DNA from: a virus
IMG/VR virus record: IMGVR_UViG_3300047172_000080
Coordinates: 15,153-79,152 of that record
DNA: 64,000 nucleotides
Direction: 5' to 3' (one strand)
The notes under the pieces were generated by a model. That model ran no database searches, was not told the origin of the DNA, and saw nothing but the letters and a program-made list of their open reading frames with translations. Each line of letters starts with the position of its first letter. The stretch's first letter is position 1. Position numbers and translations under genes: made by a program. Below are positions 18,508 to 29,290 of the stretch, in pieces.

Positions 18508-20316
18508 TTAAGGGCTAAAGTCTATTAATTTAATATGTGGGACTGTTTGAGACGTTGCTCCAGAGTTGGGTATAGTTGTAAACAACTTACCTGCAACGCA
18601 TTTAGCACCGCCTGTATATACTGTACCATTCAGCCCTATTTTTACAAGATTATAAGAATTTGTTAAGGGTCCAAAACTATTTAGTGGACTATGACCAATG
18701 GAAAACAATCTCTTTAAAGCGTTTGTATAAGAATAAGGAGAATCAGGAGAAATATAACCATTAGAATCAGAACCATCACAATTCAAACCTGTACCTACTC
18801 CAGCTATAGATAAACAGTTATTTAAATTATCATATATTTCGGTATTAACACTTACGTTAATAACCATCATAAAATAAACATGTTTTGGAAGATAACCTTT
18901 TATATCATCAAACAAATTAAAAAATGTAGAAGTCTGATCAGGAGACGCAAAGTTTAAAACAAAACAAGCAGAGTTATTTTTTAAAAAATTATGAAATATA
19001 AAATCTAAAGGATTAAGAGGATAGGCTACTAAATTAGAAGCAGGATTAGAACTACTAGTCAAACCTAGAGCTTTAATAATAGCTGCTTTGTTAACTGGTT
19101 CATTAATATAATTTTCAAAAGTTAAAACATCAGCAGGAGAACCTTCTACAGGAAAATTTAAAACACCAGCAGGGTTAAGTGTAATTAACTGTAAAGAGTT
19201 AGGAAAAAACAACTGGCTCTGATAATTACCCAAAAACAAATAAGAACTAAAAGGTACTAAGGCATTATTAGAAAAAGCAGTTTTCCACCAATCTTTCTGA
19301 GAAACAGTATCATAATAAGTAAGTAAACTTACAAATGTATCCCCTGCATAAAAAATCGCTCCAGGAATAACTGATGGGTTGATAACAGAATCTAAATCAA
19401 ACAAATAACTATTTTTATCTGTCACGACAACGTTGTTATATTCATTAACAGCTACATATTGTACAACTTCTTGAGGTTCAATAACAGGAACTACACCTCC
19501 TATATATGCCATGAGACTTTTTAAAGCTAGTATGTTACAACCTCCTACAGCAATGTTAAAAAACCTTTTAAGGATATCTTTATAATTTTCAGACGAGGGT
19601 AAGTTGATATTAAATATTTGTCCGAAATTTTTATACAAATTTTGAATATCAATCTTAACATTATACACCCATAAAAATAATAGTTGATCTTGTTGGGTTA
19701 CCCCATTTTCATCAACATATGTAACAGGAACTCCTGTATCACCAATAATATCGATAATTGTATTTTTAGGATTATCAAATGGATTCTTGTTAAAATACAA
19801 AACATTGTCATTCAAAGTAACATCTACACCAGCTATATAAAATACTGAAGGGTTGAATACTTGGTTTGTAACTAATGAAAATGAACCTATTGTAAAATTA
19901 GGAGTAATGGAATAAACAAACTGAGATGTCGATTTAGGAAATCCAAACTGAAACACTTGATTAGCGTATAAAGGATCAGTAGTTGGTTGAGGACCAAAGA
20001 CTGCTCCATTTTGTTCAAAAATAAAAGGGCTTTTGTTTAATAAAGATTTTTGAATAGTAAGAGGTTGCCAAATCTGTTTATGATAAACAGGGATATCTTT
20101 TACACCATAGCAATAAACAGCTTCAGTTAAGTCCTGATAAGCTTGAAGTAATTCTTCTGCTCTACCGATAGTAAGTCCTTTAATAGTGCCTTGTTCAGAA
20201 AATATCTGATTCCAAAAACTACCTAAACTCTGCTGTAAGAAATTAGGGTTAGTAGGCTCTCCTGTAAAAGGATAAGACGTACTAGGACTAGTAGGAAAAT
20301 CTAAATTGAGAGCCAT
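18508..20316 (-). CDS. putative baseplate wedge protein
   Basis: Directly follows the baseplate J-like gene; LGSFW N-terminus and LPKHV motif. Confidence 0.5.
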   Translation of the reverse strand: MALNLDFPTSPSTSYPFTGEPTNPNFLQQSLGSFWNQIFSEQGTIKGLTIGRAEELLQAYQDLTEAVYCYGVKDIPVYHKQIWQPLTIQKSLLNKSPFIFEQNGAVFGPQPTTDPLYANQVFQFGFPKSTSQFVYSITPNFTIGSFSLVTNQVFNPSVFYIAGVDVTLNDNVLYFNKNPFDNPKNTIIDIIGDTGVPVTYVDENGVTQQDQLLFLWVYNVKIDIQNLYKNFGQIFNINLPSSENYKDILKRFFNIAVGGCNILALKSLMAYIGGVVPVIEPQEVVQYVAVNEYNNVVVTDKNSYLFDLDSVINPSVIPGAIFYAGDTFVSLLTYYDTVSQKDWWKTAFSNNALVPFSSYLFLGNYQSQLFFPNSLQLITLNPAGVLNFPVEGSPADVLTFENYINEPVNKAAIIKALGLTSSSNPASNLVAYPLNPLDFIFHNFLKNNSACFVLNFASPDQTSTFFNLFDDIKGYLPKHVYFMMVINVSVNTEIYDNLNNCLSIAGVGTGLNCDGSDSNGYISPDSPYSYTNALKRLFSIGHSPLNSFGPLTNSYNLVKIGLNGTVYTGGAKCVAGKLFTTIPNSGATSQTVPHIKLIDFSP

Positions 20317-21938
20317 TAGAGTAGATTAATAACAATGTTATTTGAAGGTGTAACATTTCCAGTACTAGAATTAAAGTAGTCTATAAAGAAATTAGTAGTG
20401 TTAGGTGTAATACCTGCACTTAATATAGAAGGTATAATTAATTCATTTTCACTTGTAATTATATTAGTACTACCATCTAATCCATAAATATTACCAGTCA
20501 TATTAATTGGAAATTGTACATAACCAATAGGATACTTATAGCAAAGATTAGTAATAGCCGAAGCAGTTAGAGCTTGTCCAAAATCTAATGTATTAATGTA
20601 GTTAAAAATATCTTGTTGTAAATTAGGTATACCAACTGATGCAACTGTATCGGTTATATTTTTTCGAACAATATTTATATTCAGATTAACAAAACAAGGA
20701 ACAACTGCCTTGATTAAATAATCCGCAGCAGGAAATCTAGTACCATCATTTAAAAATACTTGCTGAATGGGTAAGATATTAGGTTGATAAAAGAAGGTAA
20801 AATCAAAATCTAAATTTGCACCAATGGCTAAAGACGGATTTTCAGTATATTGAAAAGTTACTGTAGCAACTTGATAAGCTGAGAAACGTGCATCACTAAC
20901 TGTTCCGATTTGACTGTTACGTGTAGTGTTAATTTGACTATACCCAAATTCGACACTATTAATAATTAATGTTCCTACGGTATTAATTACATTATTTACA
21001 GGTGTAGGAAGAATTCCTTTAATATAATAAAATCCTGGACAATCAGAAGTAAGAAGATTAACCTGCCATACTCCTGCAGCTATCTTAGTTCCTGCTTTAG
21101 TAACTGTAAGAGTAGAAGGACCTACGCTCGTTCTTACATATACATCGGCCATTCCAGCTGTAGAAAAACCAAATACATTTTCCTTACAACGAACCATTTC
21201 TGCGTCATTTGCCCCAATAACATGAACAGCTTGAAAACCTGGAAAATTATTAGATAAATAATTATCAATTGAATTCTGTGATGTTAGATTATTATTAGTT
21301 AGAGCGACTTGAAATCTAGGAATTAACGCTTGATCTGTTTCTTCAGGTAAACCAGAAGAAAAATTTCCATATGCGGCTAATGAGACAACGTTAGGATTTG
21401 TAAAATTACTCCCTAACGTAAATTGAGTCTGATCAGAAACTTGATATTGGGAACCTACAGTAGAAGCTTGAATAGGTAAAATTATATAGTAGTTATTACC
21501 TTGTGTGTAAATAGGAAGATAATTATTAGTCGTACTTGAGTTTACAGAAAATGTGTAGTCTTGAGTTGTATTATAAATTAAACCTAAGGTGGATTGTACA
21601 AATTGAGCACTCTTAGGAACTTTAATATTTTGATTATTAGATAAAATAATTTTTAAATTACCGGCAGCAATTGTACCCGCTATACGAGTGGTATTATAAT
21701 TTGAAGCTACCTCATCAATAGCTGGTGTAATTGTAGGAGTAGGAGAAGCTAAAGCTGTTTGGACTGAATTAGTCTGTTCATAAGTTTGAATATCATTATA
21801 AATAGAATTATCTAAGGTAGCAGATAATTTAATTACAAGTTCAGATAATGCAGAACCTGGACTAAGATCCGCTGTAGGATTAACCCCTTGTATAAAAGTA
21901 GTTAATCTAGATATAGTATCAGTAATTGTTTCAGCCAT
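20316..21938 (-). CDS. baseplate J/gp6-like wedge protein
   Basis: DLSPGSALSEL, R.AGT.AAG, GNFSSGLPEETD, G.ADVYV motifs. Confidence 0.8.
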   Translation of the reverse strand: MAETITDTISRLTTFIQGVNPTADLSPGSALSELVIKLSATLDNSIYNDIQTYEQTNSVQTALASPTPTITPAIDEVASNYNTTRIAGTIAAGNLKIILSNNQNIKVPKSAQFVQSTLGLIYNTTQDYTFSVNSSTTNNYLPIYTQGNNYYIILPIQASTVGSQYQVSDQTQFTLGSNFTNPNVVSLAAYGNFSSGLPEETDQALIPRFQVALTNNNLTSQNSIDNYLSNNFPGFQAVHVIGANDAEMVRCKENVFGFSTAGMADVYVRTSVGPSTLTVTKAGTKIAAGVWQVNLLTSDCPGFYYIKGILPTPVNNVINTVGTLIINSVEFGYSQINTTRNSQIGTVSDARFSAYQVATVTFQYTENPSLAIGANLDFDFTFFYQPNILPIQQVFLNDGTRFPAADYLIKAVVPCFVNLNINIVRKNITDTVASVGIPNLQQDIFNYINTLDFGQALTASAITNLCYKYPIGYVQFPINMTGNIYGLDGSTNIITSENELIIPSILSAGITPNTTNFFIDYFNSSTGNVTPSNNIVINLL

Positions 21939-21940
21939 AA

Positions 21941-22420
21941 TTAGTTAAGAGGTACAGGTAAAATAAAAACAACACTATCTCCTGCTATAGACGTAATAGC
22001 AATTGATAAGTTTAGAGTAGAGCCAGTTACAGAAAAAGAACTCATAGTAGCTGATTTTAACTGTTCATCAGCAGGAATAGAAGGATTATTACTTTGATAG
22101 CCTCGAAAAACCGCTAAAACATCTAAATTAGCAAAATTAAATAAATGGAGAACATTTAATCTGGTTAAATTAGATCTATTTTGCAAATCTAATAAAAACT
22201 CAGTACCAAAATCAGAAGTATTAATTTGCGACCCTACTTTTGTCAGAAACATAATAGCATACTTCTGAACTAACTTATTAATACCTGCAATATATTGAGA
22301 AGGATTACCAAATTCAACAGTTACAGGTATTTGAGTATTAGGAATATAAGCTGCTACCTTTAAGATATTTATATCTATAAGACGTTCACTATAATCTGTA
22401 CTAAAACTTGTAATAGCCAT
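21941..22420 (-). CDS. gp25-like baseplate/sheath initiator
   Basis: GINKLVQ...FLTKVGS....DFGT motif; lies upstream of the J-like gene. Confidence 0.7.
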   Translation of the reverse strand: MAITSFSTDYSERLIDINILKVAAYIPNTQIPVTVEFGNPSQYIAGINKLVQKYAIMFLTKVGSQINTSDFGTEFLLDLQNRSNLTRLNVLHLFNFANLDVLAVFRGYQSNNPSIPADEQLKSATMSSFSVTGSTLNLSIAITSIAGDSVVFILPVPLN

Positions 22421-22842
22421 TATGTATTCTGTGTAGATACCACTTGATCAAGATAAGTAAAAGCACTGTAACTTTGCTGAACAGCTAACATATTTCGATA
22501 AGCTTTTTGACTTAAATCATCCCTATAATATTGTAATCTAGTTTTATGTCTAGCTACGAAGCATTTTTGAAAAGAATAAAGCGTAGAAAGTTGAATTTTT
22601 AAAGTATGTATACCTTGCTTCTGATCTGCATTTTGAACCTGAAGTCTTTGACTAATTTGATCATTAATACTTGAGCGATCTGTAACTGTTCTTAGATTAG
22701 CTAAAGTTAAATCTTTAGTATAACCTATTTGGTTAGCAACCCATTTCCTACCTGTACTATCTCCATTTAAACGGTCTACAGGAATGCCTAAAATAAACCA
22801 TTTAATTAAGCTATTCAAATAATCTGTTATATTTTTAAACAT
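22420..22842 (-). CDS. hypothetical protein
   Basis: 140-aa ORF in the operon. Confidence 0.6.
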   Translation of the reverse strand: MFKNITDYLNSLIKWFILGIPVDRLNGDSTGRKWVANQIGYTKDLTLANLRTVTDRSSINDQISQRLQVQNADQKQGIHTLKIQLSTLYSFQKCFVARHKTRLQYYRDDLSQKAYRNMLAVQQSYSAFTYLDQVVSTQNT

Positions 22843-22843
22843 A

Positions 22844-23479
22844 TTAGTTTTTCCACCCTTCTTGTATCTTATCAGTAATAAATTTAATTCTCGAACTTAA
22901 AGTAGATTGAGAAATCCCTAATTGTTTTGCTAATTTATCATTATCTAAGACAGTCTTACCTCCAAAACCTGTTCGATGCTCTAGAATTAGTTTATCTCTA
23001 GGGGATAAATCGTGATGTACAAAATGCACCCATTCATCATTCTCTCCTTCTATAAACACAGGAGTATCCATCATATTTGCAACATTCACTGTTTGTTTAC
23101 GATTTTCCAATACTGTATTAACCTGATGCACACCTAATTTTGTATAATCAGCTATTTCATCTAAAGTAGCTTCCCTACCTAATTCAGCTTCTAATATTTT
23201 TTCAGCTTTATTAATCTTATTAAGCATAAACTGCTGATTTTCAGGAAGTCGTACAGATTGCCCATATTGGGTAGGTAATCTTGATAATTTCTTTAAAGAA
23301 TTAGTTAAATGCGTAGAAAACTTACCAATAGAGGGGTCGTAAGATTTAGCAGCTTCATTAGCTATCTTAAAAGCTTCTATTTTTACAGCAGATAATGGAA
23401 GATTAGTAGCATGTTTTCTAGCTTCATGAAGAATCAGCTTCTTATGTTCATCTAATAATTTTTGTTGGTCCTTAGTCAT
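22844..23479 (-). CDS. sigma-70 family RNA polymerase sigma factor (regions 2-4)
   Basis: YDPSIGKFST (region 2), VRLPE, LGREATLDEIADY (region 3), LSPRDKLIL...LAKQLGISQSTLS (region 4 HTH). Confidence 0.85.
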   Translation of the reverse strand: MTKDQQKLLDEHKKLILHEARKHATNLPLSAVKIEAFKIANEAAKSYDPSIGKFSTHLTNSLKKLSRLPTQYGQSVRLPENQQFMLNKINKAEKILEAELGREATLDEIADYTKLGVHQVNTVLENRKQTVNVANMMDTPVFIEGENDEWVHFVHHDLSPRDKLILEHRTGFGGKTVLDNDKLAKQLGISQSTLSSRIKFITDKIQEGWKN

Positions 23480-23480
23480 A

Positions 23481-25115
23481 TTACGTTATATCTTGTATAA
23501 ATTGATTTTGCACACCTAAAGCATCTCCATAAGAATACTGATAAATAGGATCTTGATCCACACTATCAATCTTTAAGCCTGATCTACCACAATTAAAAGA
23601 TATTGTAGTAGTAGCTGTTCCACTATTAGGGGGGCTAAGTGATATTCTATGTGTAACTCGTTGAACCATGAAAGCTATCCAATTACTTGGATATTTAGTA
23701 TACATCTTTCCTACTGTACCAGGACACCAGCTATTACTAAAAGAAGATAATATAGTACCACCACGATCTCCATATCTTGCTTGGTAATACTTTATTTGAG
23801 CATAGGTATCTCCCATTTGCTTTACTTTTCCATTGTAAGCATCATTAGCAGCTTCAGCTATTTGTTCTTCAGTAAGTGTAGCTCTTCCAACAGGCGTTGA
23901 CATAGATTCTACTTTTTTACCAGGAGCTACGTTGGTTGGTTTTTTTACTTGGTTATCTATACTATTAGGAGCAGCTCCAGGCAAATAAATTGATGCACAA
24001 GCCGTTTCAAATAACAAAGGACTAACTTCTACGACAAGAAGCGCAACGCCAGGACTTTTAGAGTGCGCATTTTTTTTAGGATAAGCACCTTGATAACAAG
24101 AGTTAGTTGCAAAAGAGCCAAGCATAGGAACTTTTTGAGTTACTAAAGCAACATATCCTACATCTTTGTAACCACTTTCATTATAAGAGTAGTCATTATA
24201 ATCAGCAGGATAAACTAAATTAGGAGTTGAGCTATGTTGTCCAGTTCCAGGTTTAGGAACATCCATAGTTAAAAAACCATTATCTGGAACTACGAATATT
24301 TGAGAATTTCCTACAATTAATAAACAACCTAAATCACCATAAAAATCTACCATGTTCTCCCATAATACTCGTGGACCGTGAGTAAAACTTTCAACTACTC
24401 CACCACCTGTTCCATAACTACCACAATCAGTTAATGCTTTTAATTGTGAAAGTGCATCTATGTTTAAATTTTCAATTAATGACTGACATGCGGTTAACTT
24501 AGCTTGTCTTCCTTCATTTTCTAAAACATCTATTAAGGTAGAAAAATCCGAATTTTCATCTGGAGATGGTACTAAGTTACTTAAGGCATCACCACTTATT
24601 TGATAATTTAAAGTTGCAATTACTAAAGCTTTATATAATTCAGCAATAGATTGTCCTTTAAAAGGAATACCATTTAAATAATTTTGTAATGAAGAAGTAT
24701 CATCTGCAGCTATACCATTAAATCCAATAGTATTAACCATGTGAAAAGGGTCCATACCATAAGGACTTAAACCAGGAAGTGTAGTATCTGCTTCTAATAA
24801 TAATTGAGCATTTCCTTTAAAAACAGCTGCGTAACTAATGTGACCCATAGATTGACTAATTGAAATACCGTCAAATAACCCTTCAAATTTTATTTCATTT
24901 GTAAAACCTGTTATTTTATCATTTACTGAAAAAGAAATAGTACAAACATTTTGTCTTTTATACTTATCTGGATTTTGAAGTAGAGCTAATGAAGTTGAAT
25001 CGGCTGCATCAATTTCAACCAAACATTCAGGTATGGCATTTACGCCATAAGATATTGTTATACCTATAGGTTTTAAATCTATACCAGATACTGAAGCTGT
25101 AACGTCAGAAGCCAT
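23481..25115 (-). CDS. putative baseplate hub (gp27-like)
   Basis: Synteny; beta-rich N-terminus; C-terminal PG...VQRVTHRI...TTISF. Confidence 0.5.
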   Translation of the reverse strand: MASDVTASVSGIDLKPIGITISYGVNAIPECLVEIDAADSTSLALLQNPDKYKRQNVCTISFSVNDKITGFTNEIKFEGLFDGISISQSMGHISYAAVFKGNAQLLLEADTTLPGLSPYGMDPFHMVNTIGFNGIAADDTSSLQNYLNGIPFKGQSIAELYKALVIATLNYQISGDALSNLVPSPDENSDFSTLIDVLENEGRQAKLTACQSLIENLNIDALSQLKALTDCGSYGTGGGVVESFTHGPRVLWENMVDFYGDLGCLLIVGNSQIFVVPDNGFLTMDVPKPGTGQHSSTPNLVYPADYNDYSYNESGYKDVGYVALVTQKVPMLGSFATNSCYQGAYPKKNAHSKSPGVALLVVEVSPLLFETACASIYLPGAAPNSIDNQVKKPTNVAPGKKVESMSTPVGRATLTEEQIAEAANDAYNGKVKQMGDTYAQIKYYQARYGDRGGTILSSFSNSWCPGTVGKMYTKYPSNWIAFMVQRVTHRISLSPPNSGTATTTISFNCGRSGLKIDSVDQDPIYQYSYGDALGVQNQFIQDIT

Positions 25116-25116
25116 A

Positions 25117-25938
25117 TTAGTTTAATAAATTATTAAGCTGTAAAATATAACAATTCAAAAGTCCTGCAAAACGATACACAGGATTATAATGCATTGTCCA
25201 CAAGTTATACGAAGAAGGATCATTAATAGTAGTGTTATAATTCAACATACCATTAACAATAGGTAGATTAGTTAATAGATTGTTAAACAATAAACTGAAA
25301 TCAAAATTAAATGGAGCTTGGGCTATAAACTCCCAATTTAAACCAGAGGCATCACTTAGATCAATTAAGTTTCCACCAATACTAAAAGATAAGCCTGTAT
25401 TAGCTATAGGTATTACATCTGTAGTAATATTGGCTAAATTTGAGGATGCTTTAATTATAAAATTGGAAGTTAAATTAGGGGAACTTCCTGTTTCATTATA
25501 ATAAACATTATTAGATTTAGAATAAATAGATAGATAAATACCTGTCACTTGAGATACAACTATATCATCATAATTTTTAGAAATATTAGATGAGGCATTA
25601 TATTGCCCAAACAAAAAAATAGGGTAATTTGCATTAGAAGTAAGGGGATTAGATAATTGTTGTACTATAAAATAATCAGAAATAGTATCTAAATCATAAG
25701 TAAGACGATTATCTAAACTATATACAAAATGTTGCTGGTCAGCAGCACGTAATATTTGAAGGTAAGTAAAAGCTAAAAATTCAGCATAGAACCTAGATAT
25801 TCCTGCTGGAAAAAGTAAGTTATAAAATGCCACAAGTGGGGGAGGTAATACTAAAGAAGTAAATTTTGGGGCTATATACTCATTAGTATTTCCAACATCT
25901 GTTAAATTTAAAAGTAATGTACGGTAATGATTAATCAT
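25117..25938 (-). CDS. putative baseplate protein
   Basis: MINHYRTLLLN start; within the baseplate operon. Confidence 0.45.
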   Translation of the reverse strand: MINHYRTLLLNLTDVGNTNEYIAPKFTSLVLPPPLVAFYNLLFPAGISRFYAEFLAFTYLQILRAADQQHFVYSLDNRLTYDLDTISDYFIVQQLSNPLTSNANYPIFLFGQYNASSNISKNYDDIVVSQVTGIYLSIYSKSNNVYYNETGSSPNLTSNFIIKASSNLANITTDVIPIANTGLSFSIGGNLIDLSDASGLNWEFIAQAPFNFDFSLLFNNLLTNLPIVNGMLNYNTTINDPSSYNLWTMHYNPVYRFAGLLNCYILQLNNLLN

Positions 25939-25941
25939 AAC

Positions 25942-26385
25942 TTATTGAGAATCTGAAATGATATTAAGTGTAATCGAGAACGATGCCATTGTATCAGGTT
26001 CTCCTACTACCTCTACAGAACTATTAACAACTACCGCCGTAGCTGCATAAGATCCAAATGATACTTTTACACTTTGCCCTCTAACCGAACCAAATGCTGA
26101 ATATAAAGCGTCAACTCCAGGAAGATTACAATTACAATCAGAAAAAATCATACCATTTACAACGACATTTCCTAATCCTTTTCCAAAATGGAAATAATCA
26201 ATAATATCATCAAAGGTAAGAAAATACTGAATAATTTCTGAAGTCTGTACAGCTAAGCTTGTGTACATTATATAGTTATCATCAGTTACTACATTATCCA
26301 AAAAGTCTATTTGTAAAATAGAGCCATCACTTCGGGTAGTGTTAAAAACATCTTGTCCATTAAATGTGTAAAAATAAGCAGCCAT
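25942..26385 (-). CDS. putative tail-tube initiator-like protein
   Basis: Immediately after the tape measure; tube-like size; FG...G.V.V.G pattern. Confidence 0.45.
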   Translation of the reverse strand: MAAYFYTFNGQDVFNTTRSDGSILQIDFLDNVVTDDNYIMYTSLAVQTSEIIQYFLTFDDIIDYFHFGKGLGNVVVNGMIFSDCNCNLPGVDALYSAFGSVRGQSVKVSFGSYAATAVVVNSSVEVVGEPDTMASFSITLNIISDSQ

Positions 26386-26386
26386 A

Positions 26387-29290
26387 TTATTTTACCTGTC
26401 CAATAGTAGTAGCTAATGCACCAAGGCTATCAGCGATAGCATTTTTACCTTTACCTGTAATAGTATCTAAAATACTTTGCAGTATATCCGTAGGAGATTT
26501 TTCTTCATCCTGTTTAGTGGTTCCATCTGCTTGTAATCTATTATTAGCCGCATCATTAATTTTCTGAGTAACATCATTTAAAGATGACAACTTGGTAACT
26601 TCATCATCACTATATAATTGATTACCTTTACTATCTTTAGCACTAGCTACTAAGGTACTTAGACTACCAGCTCCAGCTGCTGCTTTAGACAATTGATCTA
26701 CTCCTCCATATTGTTTTATTAACCCCTTAATAGTTTGGTCATTAGTTAAGTCTGGAGAAGTCTTTAACATATTATCAAACTCACCCTCAAATGTTTTCTT
26801 CCATTGAGTATTAACAGCTTTTACTCTAGGAGCATCAACAGCAGAAGTAATGGATTTAGCTCCAAAATCCCCAAGCTCCCCTGAATTACCCGCGTCAATA
26901 ACATCTTGATTAATAAGATCAGGATTATTCTGGAAAAATGCCTTAGCATCTTTAGACATTGTAGATTTAGGATTAGTTAATTCCTTATTTAAGGCATCTA
27001 CAGAATTAATACTACTTCCATTTAAAGCATTATAAGCTTCTTCAATTTGACTCTTAGAGGCTTTTAATTTAAGACCTGAATCTACAAATGCAGTTGATAT
27101 ATCTTGACCTGTAACACCTCTAGCTCCTTTACTTTTATAGTTTCTAGTCAATGTGTCAAAAGCATCTAAAGCTTTACCAGTTAAATCCTGTTGTGATTTA
27201 GTAGAGTTAGGTTGGTAATACGAAGCCTTTAAACCTCCGAAAGCCGATTCAATTGAATTATAATCCCCATCTTGAAGTGAATTATAATAATTTTGAAATA
27301 ATCCTGAACGGTCGTGTGCTAAATCTTTAGACATAGCTGTATCATCTCTAATAGATCGATCACGAATAGAATTTAAAATATTATTACGAGCAGAAGCTCC
27401 AGGAATATCATTTAAAATTGAAGATTGAATGACGGGATTATTTGCAAATTCATTAGTTAAACCATAAGCTCCTGCTTTATCTAAATATCCCTCAACATTA
27501 GCTATTGGATCAGCTCCTCCATGTAATAAAGCATTTTGTAATCCTGTATATGAAAGCTTAGATCCTTTTAATTGAGATTTAAAAACTGCGGTAGGAATAA
27601 AATCTGAATACGCTTGAGCCTTAGCTGCTATCTCTGGATCATTTTTATATCTTCCACCTAATTCAGGACGATCCAAAACTGCTGTAATATTATCACGAGG
27701 AATTCCTAAAACATTACCTATACTATTTTGTAATCCAATAACTGAACCGTAAGAACCACCTACTCCCGTTCCTGCGCTTTTATAATAATCAGCAAATATT
27801 TTATCAAGTTGAGCAGTAGCTCCTCCACCTTGTTGTTTAGCTAACCCATAAGCTACTGCGGCCATTGTATTAGGTACACTTTGAGCACTAGTTAGTGTAG
27901 CTGCGTTTAGCTGGTTATTTATACCTTGAGAACCTCCCATTGCTCTAGAAGCATCTGGACTTAACATCGAATTCAATGCTTGAGCTTTGATGCTATTATC
28001 TAGTACAAACTGCATTGTACTACTACCCATGTACGCTAATTCAGGATGTTGAGCAGCAATATCTTGCATACTCTTATTCATATCCACAAGTGTCTTTATA
28101 TTTTGACCTGTTATTCTGGCTACAGCTGCAACATCCCTACCTAATTTTTCAATCTTATCAGCACTTACTTTACTAGTAAGATCTCCACCATTAGGACCTA
28201 ATACACTATTAATGGCTCCTACAAGATCACTACCCATACCCATCGCACCGGCAATAGGTCTAAAAGCATCCAAAGCACCTTCAGAATTTTTACCAAATCC
28301 TCGATAGGCACTAGATATATTTTGTCTTCCTAACAATTGTAAATTAGCGGCACTTAAAAAGTTACCAGACATTTCTTCTTCAGAAAATCCTCTGGATTGT
28401 TGATAATTCATTCCAGCTAAAATTTGAGTACCTACCTTGGGTAAATTACCTGCTGCGGTTGAAAAGTACGCGCCGGGATCAGCTTTAATAAGTTTTTGAA
28501 ATCCTTCTGCATTAAAAACACCACTACTATCAACAAAGTTATTTTTTGCTAATGCTTGTAAATTGGAAGGTAAATTATTTAAATAATCATTTGAAACCTT
28601 AACTTTGGCTGCTGTATCTGAAGCATCTCTAATTTTTTTAATTTCACTTTGTAGATTATTTTTTAAATCATTGTTAATCCAACTATTATTAATATTGTTC
28701 ATATTAAAATGACTTGGATCAACACCATATACTTTTGCTAAATCTTGATTTCTAGAAAAGAAACTTTGAGCAGAATCTTGAATGTGCTTTTGCTGTTCAA
28801 GTATATAATTCGAATCTACTGTTCTCTTATTATACAAGATGCCTTCCATTTGTTTAGACATCTGTTGTATCTGTAAAGGTCCTATTTGGCCCCCAGTCAT
28901 ACCAAAAGCACCTAAAGTAGCGCCATTTAAACCTCCGTAAAGCTGAGATTGGGCTAACATAGGGTTAGACCCAGTTAAAAGCTTTAAAGCTTGTGCTACA
29001 GGCCCTGTGGGGTCACCCAACATCAAACCCGCACCCTGCATAAAAGGACTTCTAGGATTAAGTCCTAAATAAGATGAAAAAGCGTTATCAGAAAAAGCAT
29101 TCTTTTGAACTTGCATGTATTGACGATCTCGTTCTCGTCTTAGATAAGCGTCATAAACAGATTGATCTGCATTAACTTTTAGACGCTGATTAAAGTTACC
29201 TAATACCTGCAACAGTCTACCAAACAAGTCATCATTGCTTGTATAACCCCTCAAACCTTGATTTTTGGTATAACTATCGACGCTACTCAT
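26387..29290 (-). CDS. tape measure protein (putative)
   Basis: 967-aa helical A/G/Q/N-rich protein directly after the frameshifted chaperone pair. Confidence 0.7.
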   Translation of the reverse strand: MSSVDSYTKNQGLRGYTSNDDLFGRLLQVLGNFNQRLKVNADQSVYDAYLRRERDRQYMQVQKNAFSDNAFSSYLGLNPRSPFMQGAGLMLGDPTGPVAQALKLLTGSNPMLAQSQLYGGLNGATLGAFGMTGGQIGPLQIQQMSKQMEGILYNKRTVDSNYILEQQKHIQDSAQSFFSRNQDLAKVYGVDPSHFNMNNINNSWINNDLKNNLQSEIKKIRDASDTAAKVKVSNDYLNNLPSNLQALAKNNFVDSSGVFNAEGFQKLIKADPGAYFSTAAGNLPKVGTQILAGMNYQQSRGFSEEEMSGNFLSAANLQLLGRQNISSAYRGFGKNSEGALDAFRPIAGAMGMGSDLVGAINSVLGPNGGDLTSKVSADKIEKLGRDVAAVARITGQNIKTLVDMNKSMQDIAAQHPELAYMGSSTMQFVLDNSIKAQALNSMLSPDASRAMGGSQGINNQLNAATLTSAQSVPNTMAAVAYGLAKQQGGGATAQLDKIFADYYKSAGTGVGGSYGSVIGLQNSIGNVLGIPRDNITAVLDRPELGGRYKNDPEIAAKAQAYSDFIPTAVFKSQLKGSKLSYTGLQNALLHGGADPIANVEGYLDKAGAYGLTNEFANNPVIQSSILNDIPGASARNNILNSIRDRSIRDDTAMSKDLAHDRSGLFQNYYNSLQDGDYNSIESAFGGLKASYYQPNSTKSQQDLTGKALDAFDTLTRNYKSKGARGVTGQDISTAFVDSGLKLKASKSQIEEAYNALNGSSINSVDALNKELTNPKSTMSKDAKAFFQNNPDLINQDVIDAGNSGELGDFGAKSITSAVDAPRVKAVNTQWKKTFEGEFDNMLKTSPDLTNDQTIKGLIKQYGGVDQLSKAAAGAGSLSTLVASAKDSKGNQLYSDDEVTKLSSLNDVTQKINDAANNRLQADGTTKQDEEKSPTDILQSILDTITGKGKNAIADSLGALATTIGQVK

